From assembly GCA_963715985.1 (NCBI GenBank), contig CAVQSP010000014.1, positions 160,001 through 224,000 of the forward strand: a DNA stretch of 64,000 nt, given 5' to 3'. This DNA comes from an uncultured Thermoleophilia bacterium. Its GTDB lineage: Bacteria; Actinomycetota; Thermoleophilia; UBA2241. The position numbers were made by a program, and so were the translations under genes. Every line of letters starts with the position of its first letter. Position 1 is the first letter of the stretch. Shown here piece by piece: positions 41,676 through 52,063 of the stretch. The notes beneath the pieces are model-generated. The model made no database searches and had not been told where the DNA came from. It saw only the letters and a program-made list of their open reading frames with translations.

Positions 41676-42188
41676 ATGGTACAGGTAGGCCAGGAAGCCC
41701 CGGAATTCGCCCTCGAGGGCGTGCTGGGCAAGGACTTCGTCGACGTCAAGCTCAGCGACTACAGGGGCAAGTGGGTGGTGCTCTTCTTCTATCCTCTCGA
41801 CTTCACGTTCATCTGCCCGACGGAGATCACGGGGTTCGCGAAGCGCAGGGCGGAGTTCGAGGCGCTCGGCGCCCAGGTCCTCGGCGCCAGCGTCGACAGC
41901 AAGTGGAGCCATCTCGCCTGGGTCGAGCGCGACCTCGGCGACCTCGGCTACCCGCTGCTCAGCGACTTCAAGCGCGAGACCGCCGTAGAGTACGGCGTAC
42001 TCCTTCCTCAGGGCATGGCGCTTCGCGGGACGTTCATCATCGACCCCGACGGCGTGCTCAAGTACGCCGCCGTGCACGACAACAACGTGGGCCGAAACAC
42101 CGACGAGACCCTGCGCGTGCTGCAGGCGCTGCAGACGGGCGAGAAGTGCCCTGTGGACTGGAGCCCCGGCGAGGCGACGCTGGGATAG
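41676..42188 (+). CDS. ahpC: 2-Cys peroxiredoxin (AhpC/TSA)
   Basis: FFYPLDFTFICPTE and GEKCPVDW. Confidence 0.93.
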   Translation: MVQVGQEAPEFALEGVLGKDFVDVKLSDYRGKWVVLFFYPLDFTFICPTEITGFAKRRAEFEALGAQVLGASVDSKWSHLAWVERDLGDLGYPLLSDFKRETAVEYGVLLPQGMALRGTFIIDPDGVLKYAAVHDNNVGRNTDETLRVLQALQTGEKCPVDWSPGEATLG

Positions 42189-42204
42189 CGGGCGAAGGAG
42201 AGAA

Positions 42205-42504
42205 ATGGCGACCATCGACGACTGGTTCGACGAGCGCACGCTGCTCGATCTGGTGCCGCCGCCGGTGTTCCTGCAGGGCGCATCCGCGGTGGAGAACGGT
42301 GCGGTGCGGATCCTCGAGCGCGACGACGAGCACCTGCGCAGCACCGTGGAGGATCGCGAGATCTACGAGGCGGAGTTCCATCTGGAAGGTGGACAGCTGG
42401 CGTGGTCCTGCACCTGCGGTGAGGCCGACGGGCACCCGTGCGAGCACCTGCTCGCGACGGCGCTCGCGACGTGGCCGGGCGAGGCCCCGGACCTGGACGA
42501 GTAG
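42205..42504 (+). CDS. SWIM zinc-finger protein
   Basis: WSCTC...PCEHLLA. Confidence 0.8.
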   Translation: MATIDDWFDERTLLDLVPPPVFLQGASAVENGAVRILERDDEHLRSTVEDREIYEAEFHLEGGQLAWSCTCGEADGHPCEHLLATALATWPGEAPDLDE

Positions 42505-42563
42505 GCGAACGTCCGGCGGGCGCCCGAACCTGAGCGCCCGCCGGGCCGTGCTAGGCTCTGACC

Positions 42564-42797
42564 ATGCCCCTGTACGACTTCAGATGTGACGACTGCGGCG
42601 AGGTCTTCGAAGTGAGCGCCCCCTTCGCGGAGCTCGAGCAGCGGTCCGTGTGCCCGACGTGCGGCGGGCGCCACACCTCGCGCGTGTACGGTGCCGTGCT
42701 GCTCGGCGGCAAGCGCACGAGCGTCAAGCCCGAGAACTTCGTGCGTCCGCGCGGGCCGGTGACGCCGCAGGGCCCGGCCAAGCCGCGCAAGCCTTAG
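42564..42797 (+). CDS. FmdB-family zinc-ribbon protein
   Basis: MPLYDFRCDDCGEVFEV...CPTCG. Confidence 0.88.
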   Translation: MPLYDFRCDDCGEVFEVSAPFAELEQRSVCPTCGGRHTSRVYGAVLLGGKRTSVKPENFVRPRGPVTPQGPAKPRKP

Positions 42798-45523
42798 GCC
42801 GGGGCGCCGGCGCCGGCGCCGCGTCGCCGGGCGCACGGGGCCCGGGCGCGCAGACGCTCGGGCGCGCCAGGCTCGGGCGCGTGCTCGGGGAAGAGGACCT
42901 CGATCTCGCGCAGCCGCGCCGCGATGCGCCGCCGCAGGTCCTCGTCCGCCTCCTCCGCCAGCCAGGCGGTGAGCGCCTCGTGCTCTTCGGGGTCCGGCGG
43001 CTGCACGAGCTCGCGGAGGAACGGGTGCACGTACGGCCGCGACGTATCGACGGTGAACAGCGCCGCGTCGCGGGCGCGCGTGACGCCCACGTACACCACG
43101 CGGCGCTCCTCTTCGATCTCGGCCGGCTCCCAGCGCGTGACGTCGCAGTCGTAGTCCGGGATGACGACCGAGTGGTACTCGCGGCCTTTGGCGGCGTGGA
43201 CGGTGCCGATGACCACGCGGTCCTCGCCGGACTCCTCGCGGGCCAGCGTGTCGTCGGCGGTGCCGGCGTGCGCCACCTCGTCGGCGAGCAGGCGGTCCCA
43301 GGCCGCGAGGAAGGAGTCCGGGTCCGGGCGCGCCTCGGCCAGCAACAGCAGGGCGTCGAACACCTGCAGGGGGCCGGCCCCGTCGCTGCCGCCGTCGGGG
43401 TCCGCTGCCGCGCTCCAGAAGGCCTCGAGGCCGAACTCGTCGACGATCGCCCACACCAGCACGCCGGCGGTGAGCGGCTCACCGGTACCTGATGCGGCGC
43501 GGCGGGCGGCGCGCAGGGCCGCGCCGAGCTCCTCGACCTGAGCCGCGAAGTCCGAGAGGGGTCGCGGGCTCACGGCCGGTTCGTGCGCGGCGCGTTCCTT
43601 GAGGGCGTGCCACGGGCGCGCCGACGCGCCGATCGCCTCCACGGCGGCGGCGCTGACGTAGCGGTTGGGCCGGTTGATGAGCGCTCCGAGCTCCGCGCCC
43701 GCCGCCGTGTCGGGCGCTTCGACCAGGGCCAGATAGGCGCGCAGCAGCCGCGCCGCCGGGTGCGTGAACAGGCGGCAGCCGAGCGTGGGCGTGCGTGGGA
43801 TGCCGGCGTCGTCGAGGGCCAGCGCCACGAGCAGCTGCTGCGAGCGGTACCGGCACAGCACGGCGAGGTCGCGCCACGCGCAGCCGAGGCGCGTCTTCTC
43901 TGCGCCCAGGAAGTCGCAGAGTGCGGCGGCGCGCTGCGGCCACGCGGGCGCGCCGGCAAAGAGCACCGCACCGTCGTGGGCGTCGCAGCGCGGGTGGATC
44001 TCCTTGGCCTCGCGCACGGCATTGTTGGCCACGAGGCGGGCGCCGGCCTCGACCACCGCCCGCGAGCAGCGGTAGTTGGTGCCCAGCGTGTAGGTCGCGG
44101 ACCAGGGCGGCGGCGGCTCGCGCCGGTGGAACTCCAGGATGCCCCGCGGGTCGGCGTGCCGCCAGCCGTAGATGAGCTGGTCGTCGTCGCCCACCACGAA
44201 GAGTTCGCGGCCGGGGCGCGACAGCACGTCCACGAGTGCCAGCTGGGCGCCGTTGAGGTCCTGGAACTCGTCCACGAGGACGTGTTCGAACTGCTCCTGC
44301 ACGAAGCGCCGGCGACCGGGGTGGGCGAGCAGGTCCACGACGGCGAAGTAGATCTGGTCGTCGAACGACTGACGCCCGGCCGCCCGCTGGGCGCGCAGGT
44401 AGCACTCGTGCGTGCTCGCGAACGGCAGGGTGAGCACCGGCTGGTCGCCCGTGGAGTCGACGGCGATCTCTACTCCGGCGGGATCCTCGAGCGCTGCCCG
44501 CACGCGCGTGAGGCCGTCCAGGAAGGCGCCCACAGGGTCACTCCCTCGGGCCGGCTTGATGGTGGCCGGCGAGACGCCCGATGACTCCATGGCGCCTCTC
44601 ATCAGGGCACGCAGCCCGCTGCCGTCCAGGTCCACCGTGACGTGCCCCCCCATCACCTGGCGCTGGTAGCGGTAGCCGAAGGCGTTGAAGGTGGCACAGT
44701 GCACGCCGGCGTGCGCGGCTGCGTCGCCCCGGCGCCGCACGCGCCCGTCGTCCCTCGGGTGCCCGAGGCGGCGCGTGGTGGGGACGCCGAGGGCTGCGAG
44801 CCGCTCCTCGAGCTGTTCGGCCGCCTTGCGGTTGAAGGCGAGCAGCAGGATGGAGGCCGGGTCGGCGCCGCGCCGGACGAGCTCGTCCACGCGGCTGACC
44901 AGGGTCTTGGTCTTGCCGGAGCCGGCGGGAGCGAGCACGCGTGCCGGCCCGCGGGGGTGCCGGACGGCAGTGCTCTGCGCCTCGTCCAGTCCGGCGGCGC
45001 CCGGGCCGCCGTGGCGCGGGCCCGCGGCGACCGAGGCGCCTCGCCGTCCGACCCCAGGCGGGCGCCGCAGGCCCGTATGGACCGGCAACGCCGGTGCCGT
45101 CCCTGCGCCGAGCAGCCTCCCGATGTCCTCGACGTCCAGTAGCGCCCGCTGTGAGAGCTCGAGCGGGCGCGGCGCCAGCACCTCCGGCCCGAACGGGAAC
45201 CCGATGCAGTACGGCAGGCCGCGGCGCACGAGCGGGTGTACGAAGCGCAGCAGGACGGTCTGCGCCTGGGCGGCGAGCTCGTCCGCCGTGCCCTCCCAGA
45301 ACCACAGCCCGACGGCCGGCTCGCGGTGCCCGCGCAGTCGCGGCGCCGCGGGCTCGCCGGGGTCCTCGGTCCACGATCGTCGCCAGGCGAGACGTCGCCC
45401 CGGAGCGGCCATCGCGCCGCGCCGCACAAGCTCGCGGCGGCCCGGCACGTTGAAGAGCACGAGCTTGGGCCCCGCGCACTGCGCGGCGCCGCCTGAGCCT
45501 TCTGCATCCCCGTGACCGTCCAC
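42794..45523 (-). CDS. UvrD/Rep-family SF1 helicase (start uncertain)
   Basis: APAGSGKTKT, LVDEFQD, VGDDDQLIYGWR, NYRC, TVHAAKGREY, EERRVVYVGVTRA. Confidence 0.92.
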   Translation of the reverse strand: MDGHGDAEGSGGAAQCAGPKLVLFNVPGRRELVRRGAMAAPGRRLAWRRSWTEDPGEPAAPRLRGHREPAVGLWFWEGTADELAAQAQTVLLRFVHPLVRRGLPYCIGFPFGPEVLAPRPLELSQRALLDVEDIGRLLGAGTAPALPVHTGLRRPPGVGRRGASVAAGPRHGGPGAAGLDEAQSTAVRHPRGPARVLAPAGSGKTKTLVSRVDELVRRGADPASILLLAFNRKAAEQLEERLAALGVPTTRRLGHPRDDGRVRRRGDAAAHAGVHCATFNAFGYRYQRQVMGGHVTVDLDGSGLRALMRGAMESSGVSPATIKPARGSDPVGAFLDGLTRVRAALEDPAGVEIAVDSTGDQPVLTLPFASTHECYLRAQRAAGRQSFDDQIYFAVVDLLAHPGRRRFVQEQFEHVLVDEFQDLNGAQLALVDVLSRPGRELFVVGDDDQLIYGWRHADPRGILEFHRREPPPPWSATYTLGTNYRCSRAVVEAGARLVANNAVREAKEIHPRCDAHDGAVLFAGAPAWPQRAAALCDFLGAEKTRLGCAWRDLAVLCRYRSQQLLVALALDDAGIPRTPTLGCRLFTHPAARLLRAYLALVEAPDTAAGAELGALINRPNRYVSAAAVEAIGASARPWHALKERAAHEPAVSPRPLSDFAAQVEELGAALRAARRAASGTGEPLTAGVLVWAIVDEFGLEAFWSAAADPDGGSDGAGPLQVFDALLLLAEARPDPDSFLAAWDRLLADEVAHAGTADDTLAREESGEDRVVIGTVHAAKGREYHSVVIPDYDCDVTRWEPAEIEEERRVVYVGVTRARDAALFTVDTSRPYVHPFLRELVQPPDPEEHEALTAWLAEEADEDLRRRIAARLREIEVLFPEHAPEPGAPERLRARAPCARRRGAGAGAPA

Positions 45524-45704
45524 GACGACTCACGGTAGCGGCCGGACGTGCCGCGCACGAGGGTGACGAGGGTGGACGTTCACGTCGCCGGCGGCTCGCC
45601 CGTCTCCGGTGCTGGCAACGCGCGGGTCGGAGTGGGGACGGCGCACTGGTGGCTCCCCGATGCCTTGCGGGTACACTGAGGCGACGATGAAGGGGGGATG
45701 GACG

Positions 45705-46835
45705 ATGAACGAGGGAGCAGACGGGTCAGGAGGTGCCGGGCAGCCTCAGCGCGTGGATGGACCCACCGAGGAGGTCACGCTCGCGCGCGTCGTGGAGGAG
45801 TACAAGGTGCTGGTGGAGACGAGCGCCGCGTTCGCCGTCAGCACGGCGCTGGACGACACGCTCACGCTCATCACGCGGCTGGTCGCGGAGCGTCTCGACG
45901 TGGCCTGGTGCGACCTGTACGACTACGACGCGGAGGCCGACGAGTTCGTGGTCACGGCCTTCTCCCGGCAGCCAGACATGGACGCCGACACGTCCACGTG
46001 GCTCGGTATGCGCTACGACGCCGAGAACTGGCCGGACCTGTGGGAGTGCGTCGCCGAGCGGCGCGCCGCCATCCTCTACCGTGACGATCCCGACCTCCCG
46101 GCGGAGCAGCGCGCTCTCATGGACCAGTGGGGCGAGCTCGCCAACATCAGCGTGCCTCTCGTCTACAAGAACGAGGTCACCGGCCTCATCGACATCGGCG
46201 AGTGTCGCGCGATGCGTCGCTGGTCCGAGGACGACGTCCACGTAGTGCAGGCCATCGCCGACCAGGCCGCCATCGCCATCGCTAACGCGCGGGCGTACGC
46301 GCGGCTTGCCGAGCAGGCCGTCACCGACGAGCTCACCGGGCTCCTCAACTTCCGCCACTTCATGGAGCACCTGCGGCGCGAGGTCGCCAGGGCGCGCCGC
46401 TACGGCCAGGACGTCTCGGTGCTGGTCGTCGACCTGGACGGGTTCGGCCTGTTCAACCAGACGTTCGGCCGCGAGCAGGGCGACACCGTCCTCGTGGAGG
46501 TCGCCGACATCCTCCGCGAGGTGACGCGCGGCCAGGTGGACGTGGTCGCGCGCTACGCAGCCGACGAGTTCATCGTCATCCTGCCGCAGACGCGCGCCAA
46601 CGAGCCCTTGCCGCTGACCGCGCCGGTGGTCGCCGAGCGCATCCGTGAGGCCGTCGCGGCGCACCGCTTCAAGGGCGTGGGGGACGAGCGAGACGTAGCC
46701 ATGACCGCGAGTATCGGCGTCGCCGGCGTCGGGCTGGGCGGGTACTCGGCCGAGGAGCTGCTGAGCTGCGCGGACAAGGCCGCGTACCTCGCCAAGCACG
46801 ACGGCCGGGACCGCGTGGTGGTCTTCGGCGCGTAG
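45705..46835 (+). CDS. GAF plus GGDEF-domain protein with a degenerate AADEF motif
   Basis: GAF (ISVPL...IADQAAIAI); TDELTGLLN, DLDGF..FN, RYAADEF, ADKAAYLAK..GRD. Confidence 0.88.
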   Translation: MNEGADGSGGAGQPQRVDGPTEEVTLARVVEEYKVLVETSAAFAVSTALDDTLTLITRLVAERLDVAWCDLYDYDAEADEFVVTAFSRQPDMDADTSTWLGMRYDAENWPDLWECVAERRAAILYRDDPDLPAEQRALMDQWGELANISVPLVYKNEVTGLIDIGECRAMRRWSEDDVHVVQAIADQAAIAIANARAYARLAEQAVTDELTGLLNFRHFMEHLRREVARARRYGQDVSVLVVDLDGFGLFNQTFGREQGDTVLVEVADILREVTRGQVDVVARYAADEFIVILPQTRANEPLPLTAPVVAERIREAVAAHRFKGVGDERDVAMTASIGVAGVGLGGYSAEELLSCADKAAYLAKHDGRDRVVVFGA

Positions 46836-46862
46836 GCCGGGCCGTCCTCGCGCACGCCCGGC

Positions 46863-47594
46863 TCAGCTCTCGGGCTCTTCCTCCCCCAGAGGGACGGTCG
46901 CCCGCGTGGGGATCGCGTAGTAGACGCTCACGAAGACGAACACGGCGATCGACGCCCAGGCGCTCACGAAGGACAGCCCGAAGGCGGCCAGGTACACGAC
47001 CGGGGCCACGGCGTACTGGCGCGTCACCGCCCTGATGGTCTCCGGGTGGACGTCCGGTTCCAGCAGGTGCCCCCCGCGACGCGCCCAGTACCAGAGCGCG
47101 TTGTAGCTGATCGCGATGTAGAGGGACACGACACAGTACACCTGTGCCGCCACGCGGCCTCCGGGATGGGTGAGGTGGCTGGCGAGGATCTCGGTGGTGA
47201 ACGGGATCACCACCACGCCCATCAGCACCAGGCCGTTGAGCAGCAGGAAGACGTGGTCCACGCGGCGGATGAGGCTGAAGATGTTGTGGTGGCTCGCCCA
47301 CATCACGAGGATCGTGAAGAAGGACATCAGGAAGGCCACGTAGACCGGCCACTGGGTGAGCAGCGCATGTCGCAGCCCTGCCGCGGTGGCCACCTTCTCA
47401 TAGGTGGGCACGGCGAGGGCGAACACCAGGAGCGTGACGGCGATGGCGAAGACCCCGTCGCTGAACGCCTCGACGCGGCTCGTCTCCCGCAGGAGACGCG
47501 TGGCCGTGCGCTGCGGGGAGGTGTCCTCGACCTCGAGCTCCTCGAGGTCACAGAAGGCGTCGTCCGCCGGGCGGTGGGGAGTGTCGGCGCTCAT
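46863..47594 (-). CDS. TMEM175-family K+ channel protein (DUF1211)
   Basis: RVEAFSDGVFAIAVTLL; WASHH. Confidence 0.92.
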   Translation of the reverse strand: MSADTPHRPADDAFCDLEELEVEDTSPQRTATRLLRETSRVEAFSDGVFAIAVTLLVFALAVPTYEKVATAAGLRHALLTQWPVYVAFLMSFFTILVMWASHHNIFSLIRRVDHVFLLLNGLVLMGVVVIPFTTEILASHLTHPGGRVAAQVYCVVSLYIAISYNALWYWARRGGHLLEPDVHPETIRAVTRQYAVAPVVYLAAFGLSFVSAWASIAVFVFVSVYYAIPTRATVPLGEEEPES

Positions 47595-47610
47595 GACGGG
47601 AGCGTACCAG

Positions 47611-48660
47611 ATGGGGCGGCGGGCGCTCGCGAGCGCCCGCCGCCCCATCCGTCCGCGGACCAAGCACCCCCCGCGCAGTGAAGAGGTCATCGAGCTGCTC
47701 GGTCTCGACTGGCCTGACCTCATGCCGGGCTGGGAGCAACGCACGGCCGCGTGGGACGACGAAGACGAGCCGCGCACGCGCACGTTCGAGGACGACGTGC
47801 GTTTCCTCTCCGACCTCCAGGACACGGCGTACGCGCGAAGCAGCCCGATCGTGCGCGCCCGGACCTTCGCCGGGTATCCCGTACGCGCGGCCGGGGCGCC
47901 GCCGGCGTCGCTGTACGCCTTCTTCGGGGGCGACGTAGAGCTGCGCCCCGGGCAGACGGAGCTTCTGCGCGTGCTCGGGAGGGCGGCCGCCGTGGAGGGG
48001 TCGCGTCGGCTCGCCGACGAGCAGCGTGTCAAGGGTCTGGCTCAGCTGGAGTGCGCCATGGAGCGCACCGTGGCCACGCTCTCGAGCGCCTTGGGCGCGC
48101 GCGACCCGTACACCACCGGGCACGAGGCCCGTGTGGCCGCCCTGGCCACGGCCATCGGCCCGGAGACGGGCCTCTCCGGCGAGGAGCTGCGGCTGCTCGA
48201 TCTCGCCGCCACGGTGCACGACATCGGCAAGATCGTGGTGCCGCCCGAGTTCCTCAGCAAGCCCACGCGCCTCTCGCAGGCCGAGTTCGCCGTCATCAAG
48301 CAGCACTGCAGGGCCGGCGACGACCTTCTCCAGCCCGCGGCCCTGCCGGACAGGGTCATGGACGCGGTGTTGCAGCACCACGAACGGCTCGACGGCAGCG
48401 GGTACCCGCAGGGCCCCGGCGGTGACGAGATCGGCGTGTTCGGCCGCATCCTGGCCGTGGCCGACGTCACCGAGGCGATGTCGTCGGACCGGCCCTACCG
48501 GCCGGCGCTGGGTGTCGAACCGGCCCTGGCGGAGATCGAGCGCGGGCGCGGCACGCTCTTCGATCCCGCCGCCTGCGACGCCTGCCTGAGCCTGTTCCGC
48601 GAACAGGCCTTCGGCTTCCTGCAGGAGGCCGCGCTCAGCGGGCCGGCACGCGCACCCTGA
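47611..48660 (+). CDS. HD-GYP-domain phosphodiesterase (start uncertain)
   Basis: RDPYTTGH, HDIGK, HHERLDGSGYP, VADVTEAM..RPYR. Confidence 0.85.
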   Translation: MGRRALASARRPIRPRTKHPPRSEEVIELLGLDWPDLMPGWEQRTAAWDDEDEPRTRTFEDDVRFLSDLQDTAYARSSPIVRARTFAGYPVRAAGAPPASLYAFFGGDVELRPGQTELLRVLGRAAAVEGSRRLADEQRVKGLAQLECAMERTVATLSSALGARDPYTTGHEARVAALATAIGPETGLSGEELRLLDLAATVHDIGKIVVPPEFLSKPTRLSQAEFAVIKQHCRAGDDLLQPAALPDRVMDAVLQHHERLDGSGYPQGPGGDEIGVFGRILAVADVTEAMSSDRPYRPALGVEPALAEIERGRGTLFDPAACDACLSLFREQAFGFLQEAALSGPARAP

Positions 48661-49657
48661 GGGCCCGCTCCACCAGCTCCACCGCCACCGGCACGTCGCC
48701 GAGTGCCTCCCCGTCCACGTCGAGCGGGAAGAGGCCCGCACGTGGCCGCCGGGCCGGCGGGTCGGCGGGCTCCATGGTGAGGGACCGGCACGAGAAGTGG
48801 CTCACGCCGGGCTCGTCGGTGTGCGTGCCTGCGTACACGGTGAGGAAGCGGCCCACGAGCCGCCAGCGCGTGCGCGTCTCGAACGCCACGACCTCCAGCA
48901 GGCCGTCGTCCGGCCGCGCCATGGGCGCGATGCGCATGCCGCCTCCGAACGTGGTGCCGTTGCACACGGCCACGGCGTGGCTGTCCAGGATGCGCTCCTC
49001 GTGGCCGCCGCCGGGGAGCCCGACCCGACAGCGGAGGCGGATGCGGCGGCACACGACGATGCCGCGAAGGGCGGCCTGGCCGTAGGCCACGCGGCCGCCC
49101 ACAAAGCGCGGGGCAGCGGCCGCGTACCGGTCCACGAGGCCGCCCACGCCGGCCGAGAGGACGTTGAGCCAGTAGCGCTCCACGGGGCGCCCGCCGGGGC
49201 CGGCGAAGCGGGCCACCCCGACGTCCACCGCGCGTTCGGCGCCGCCCGCGATGGCGGCGAGGCACGCCTCCACGCGCGGGGCGATGCCGAGCGTGTGGCC
49301 GAAGTCGGCGCCGGTCCCGGTGGCGATGAGGCCGAGGGTGGGGAGGAGGTCCGGGCCGGCGCCGGCGGCGCCGGACGGCGCGAGCCGCCGGCGCGCGCGC
49401 ATGACGCCGTCGGCGACATCGCTGAGCGTGCCGTCACCGCCGACGCTCACCAGCAGCGGGCGCCGCTCCAGGGCGGCGGTCTCGGCGAGGCCGGAGGCAG
49501 CGCCGGCGGATGCGGTCGCCGCCACGTCGACGGGGCCGACCGCCGCGCGCAACGCCTCGAGCACGTGCGGCAGGTCGCGGCCGGTGCGGCCGCGACCTGC
49601 GCTGGGATTCACGATGACGAGCGGGCGCCGCGCCTCTGTGCAGTCCGACGAAGGCAT
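48635..49657 (-). CDS. Diacylglycerol/lipid kinase family (YegS/DgkB-like)
   Basis: IVNPSAG, GGDGTLS, GTGADF, FGGGM, DDGLLEV, VDGE. Confidence 0.92.
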   Translation of the reverse strand: MPSSDCTEARRPLVIVNPSAGRGRTGRDLPHVLEALRAAVGPVDVAATASAGAASGLAETAALERRPLLVSVGGDGTLSDVADGVMRARRRLAPSGAAGAGPDLLPTLGLIATGTGADFGHTLGIAPRVEACLAAIAGGAERAVDVGVARFAGPGGRPVERYWLNVLSAGVGGLVDRYAAAAPRFVGGRVAYGQAALRGIVVCRRIRLRCRVGLPGGGHEERILDSHAVAVCNGTTFGGGMRIAPMARPDDGLLEVVAFETRTRWRLVGRFLTVYAGTHTDEPGVSHFSCRSLTMEPADPPARRPRAGLFPLDVDGEALGDVPVAVELVERALRVRVPAR

Positions 49658-49838
49658 GTGACGGACGCTACCAGACGGCGCCCCTCGCGTCAGGGGACGG
49701 TCTGCGCCGGCTCACGCGCGGGCCGGCGCGGGCGTCCGCGGGGCCGTGGCGCTCTCTCCATTCCGGCCGCCTCGCGACTCCGGCCGTGCAGGGATTCCGT
49801 GCTGCGGCCCCAAATAGGCACGGGATGTCTGAGGCGAG

Positions 49839-50447
49839 TTGCAGAGCGAGGTGGAGCATCCGCACGCGGTGGCGCGCGTCGAAGCGATGAGCGATGGCGT
49901 GTTCGCCATCGCGATCACGCTGCTCAGTCTGCAGCTGGCGATCCCGCTCCGCAGCGACCTCGGCGCCGCCCTCGTCGAGCTGGTCCCCGACTTCTTCGCC
50001 TTCGCGCTGAGCTTCGCGGTCATCGGCTCGTACTGGGTGTCCCACCACAGGCTGTTCGCGGCCGTGGTCCGCTACGACCGGCGTCTCGTCTGGCTGAACC
50101 TCCTGATGCTCTTCTTCATCGTCCTGGTGCCGTTCACGACCTCGGTCGTCTCCGAGCACGGTAACGAGCCTCTGGGCGTGCTCGTGTACGCGGGCTCTCT
50201 CATCGGCGCGGGGCTGGCGAGCGCCGCCCTCACCGCGTACATCTTCGTGGGCCATCGCATGTGCGCGGCGTCCGTGACGTCGCGCCGCGTGCGCTATGCC
50301 CTGGTGCGGAGCCTGGTGGTGCCGGCCTACTTCGCCGCCTCGCTACTGCTCCTGCTCATCCCCGGCGCCGCCGGGGACGTCACCATGACGTGGGTCGGCA
50401 TCCCGCTCGTGACGTTCTTCGTGGCGCGGCACTACCGCGAGGTCTGA
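49839..50447 (+). CDS. TMEM175-family protein
   Basis: RVEAMSDGVFAIAITLL; YWVSHH. Confidence 0.9.
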   Translation: MQSEVEHPHAVARVEAMSDGVFAIAITLLSLQLAIPLRSDLGAALVELVPDFFAFALSFAVIGSYWVSHHRLFAAVVRYDRRLVWLNLLMLFFIVLVPFTTSVVSEHGNEPLGVLVYAGSLIGAGLASAALTAYIFVGHRMCAASVTSRRVRYALVRSLVVPAYFAASLLLLLIPGAAGDVTMTWVGIPLVTFFVARHYREV

Positions 50448-50555
50448 CGGGCTCTTCGCGTCGTCTCGTCGCGGCGGCGCGAACTTCGCCCAAGCTGGGC
50501 CGCCCTGTTTGCCGAGATTCGCGCCTCTGGCGGGGGGCGGAGGCTGGTGCTAAGA

Positions 50556-52046
50556 ATGACGTTCGACCCCCTCGATCTGGAGGCTGACTGCATGACGGCC
50601 ATGGAACGACCGCCGCTCGAGCCGCTTGAGCCGGCGTTCACCTTTCGGTATCACTCGACCGAGCAGCTCGACCGCCTGAAGCAGGCGACCCTCGACATCC
50701 TTGAGACCACCGGCGTGCGCTTCCAGAGCGAGAAGGCTCTGGACATCCTCGCGGAGGCGGGCGCGGTAGTGGACCGCGAGAGGCAGGTCGCCAAGTTCCC
50801 GCCGGAGCTGGTGCTCGAGGCGATGGCGAAGGCGCCGCGGCGCTTCGGCCTCGGCGCCCGCGACGCCGGCTGCGACATCCCCGTCGGGGACGGCAAGACC
50901 TACTGCACGACCGACGGCTCCGGCACCGAGATCATCGACTTCGACACGCGTCAACGGCGCCTGTCGACGAAGGCCGATGTGGCCGACGTCACGCGCCTCC
51001 AGGACGCGCTCTCGAGCATCGCCTTCTGGTGGCCGACGGTCGGCGCCGGCGACTGCGGCGAGACGGCACAGCTGCATGAGCTGGACGCGGGCTGGAACAA
51101 CACGGTCAAGCACCTGCAGGGGTTCGTGCAGGGCGAGCGCGCCGCCCGCTACGCCGTCGAGATGGCGACCGTCGTCTCCGGCGGCGCCGAGGAGCTGCGC
51201 CGCCGGCCGGTGCTGAGCGACCTCATCGGCACCATCTCCCCGCTGGCGATCGACAAGGACGGGATCGAGGCGGCACTCGTCTTCGCCGAGGCCGGCGTGC
51301 CCGTCTGCTGGGTGACGGCGCCGACGCTCGGCACGACGGCGCCGGCGACGAAGGCCGGCGCCTACGCGCTCGGCTCCGCCGAGCTGGTCGCCGGCACCGT
51401 CGCGCTCCAGCTCGCCAGCCCCGGCGCCCCGGTGCTGCACTTCATGATGCAGAGCTGGGCCGATCCGCGCACCGGCGAGTTCGTGAGCTTCCCCCAGGAC
51501 GGCCGCGTGCGGGCCCTCGCCACGGAGCTGGCGCACCACTGGGGCGTCCCGGCCCAGTCCGCCGCCTGCGGCACCGACTCGCCGGTCCCCGGCACCTGGC
51601 AGGCCGGGGTCGAAGAGGCGATGGACTTCGTGCAGGCCGCCCAGGAGGGCTCCGACCTGCTGCCGAGCATCGGCCTGGTGAACGTGTACACGCTCTTCTA
51701 TCCGGAGCACCTCATCCTCGGCGACGACATCTACCGTCGCGCCCGCTACGCGGTCATGGACATCGGCTTCGACGACGAGTCGCTCGCGCTCGAGGCGATC
51801 GCCGACGTCGGGCCCGGAGGGCACTACCTCGGCCACAAGCACACGCGCCGGCACATGCGCCAGGCGGTGACACCGGCGATCACCCACCAGCCCGGCCCGG
51901 GGGGCGGGTTCCGCGACCCCGTCGAGGTCGCCCGCGAGCGCGCCGAGGAGCTGTGGCGCGACTACCGGCCGGAGCCTCTCGAGGCGGACAAGGCGGCGGA
52001 GCTCACGAGGATCCTCGCGGCCGCCGACGCCGAGCTGCTCGGCTGA
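50556..52046 (+). CDS. Trimethylamine methyltransferase (MttB) superfamily protein, non-pyrrolysine (start uncertain)
   Basis: TLDILETTGV, ISPL, GTTAPAT.AG, QLASPGAP, VGPGGHYLGHKHT; no in-frame TAG. Confidence 0.9.
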   Translation: MTFDPLDLEADCMTAMERPPLEPLEPAFTFRYHSTEQLDRLKQATLDILETTGVRFQSEKALDILAEAGAVVDRERQVAKFPPELVLEAMAKAPRRFGLGARDAGCDIPVGDGKTYCTTDGSGTEIIDFDTRQRRLSTKADVADVTRLQDALSSIAFWWPTVGAGDCGETAQLHELDAGWNNTVKHLQGFVQGERAARYAVEMATVVSGGAEELRRRPVLSDLIGTISPLAIDKDGIEAALVFAEAGVPVCWVTAPTLGTTAPATKAGAYALGSAELVAGTVALQLASPGAPVLHFMMQSWADPRTGEFVSFPQDGRVRALATELAHHWGVPAQSAACGTDSPVPGTWQAGVEEAMDFVQAAQEGSDLLPSIGLVNVYTLFYPEHLILGDDIYRRARYAVMDIGFDDESLALEAIADVGPGGHYLGHKHTRRHMRQAVTPAITHQPGPGGGFRDPVEVARERAEELWRDYRPEPLEADKAAELTRILAAADAELLG

Positions 52047-52063
52047 GACGAGGGGGCCGTTCC

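Noticed and set aside
41301-42188. Selenocysteine read-through of TGA 41457 fusing the zinc ribbon to AhpC (same frame, hairpin downstream)
   Set aside because: The linker would be Arg-rich and low complexity, AhpC has its own RBS and ATG, the TGA is not at a Cys-equivalent position, and there is no convincing SECIS.
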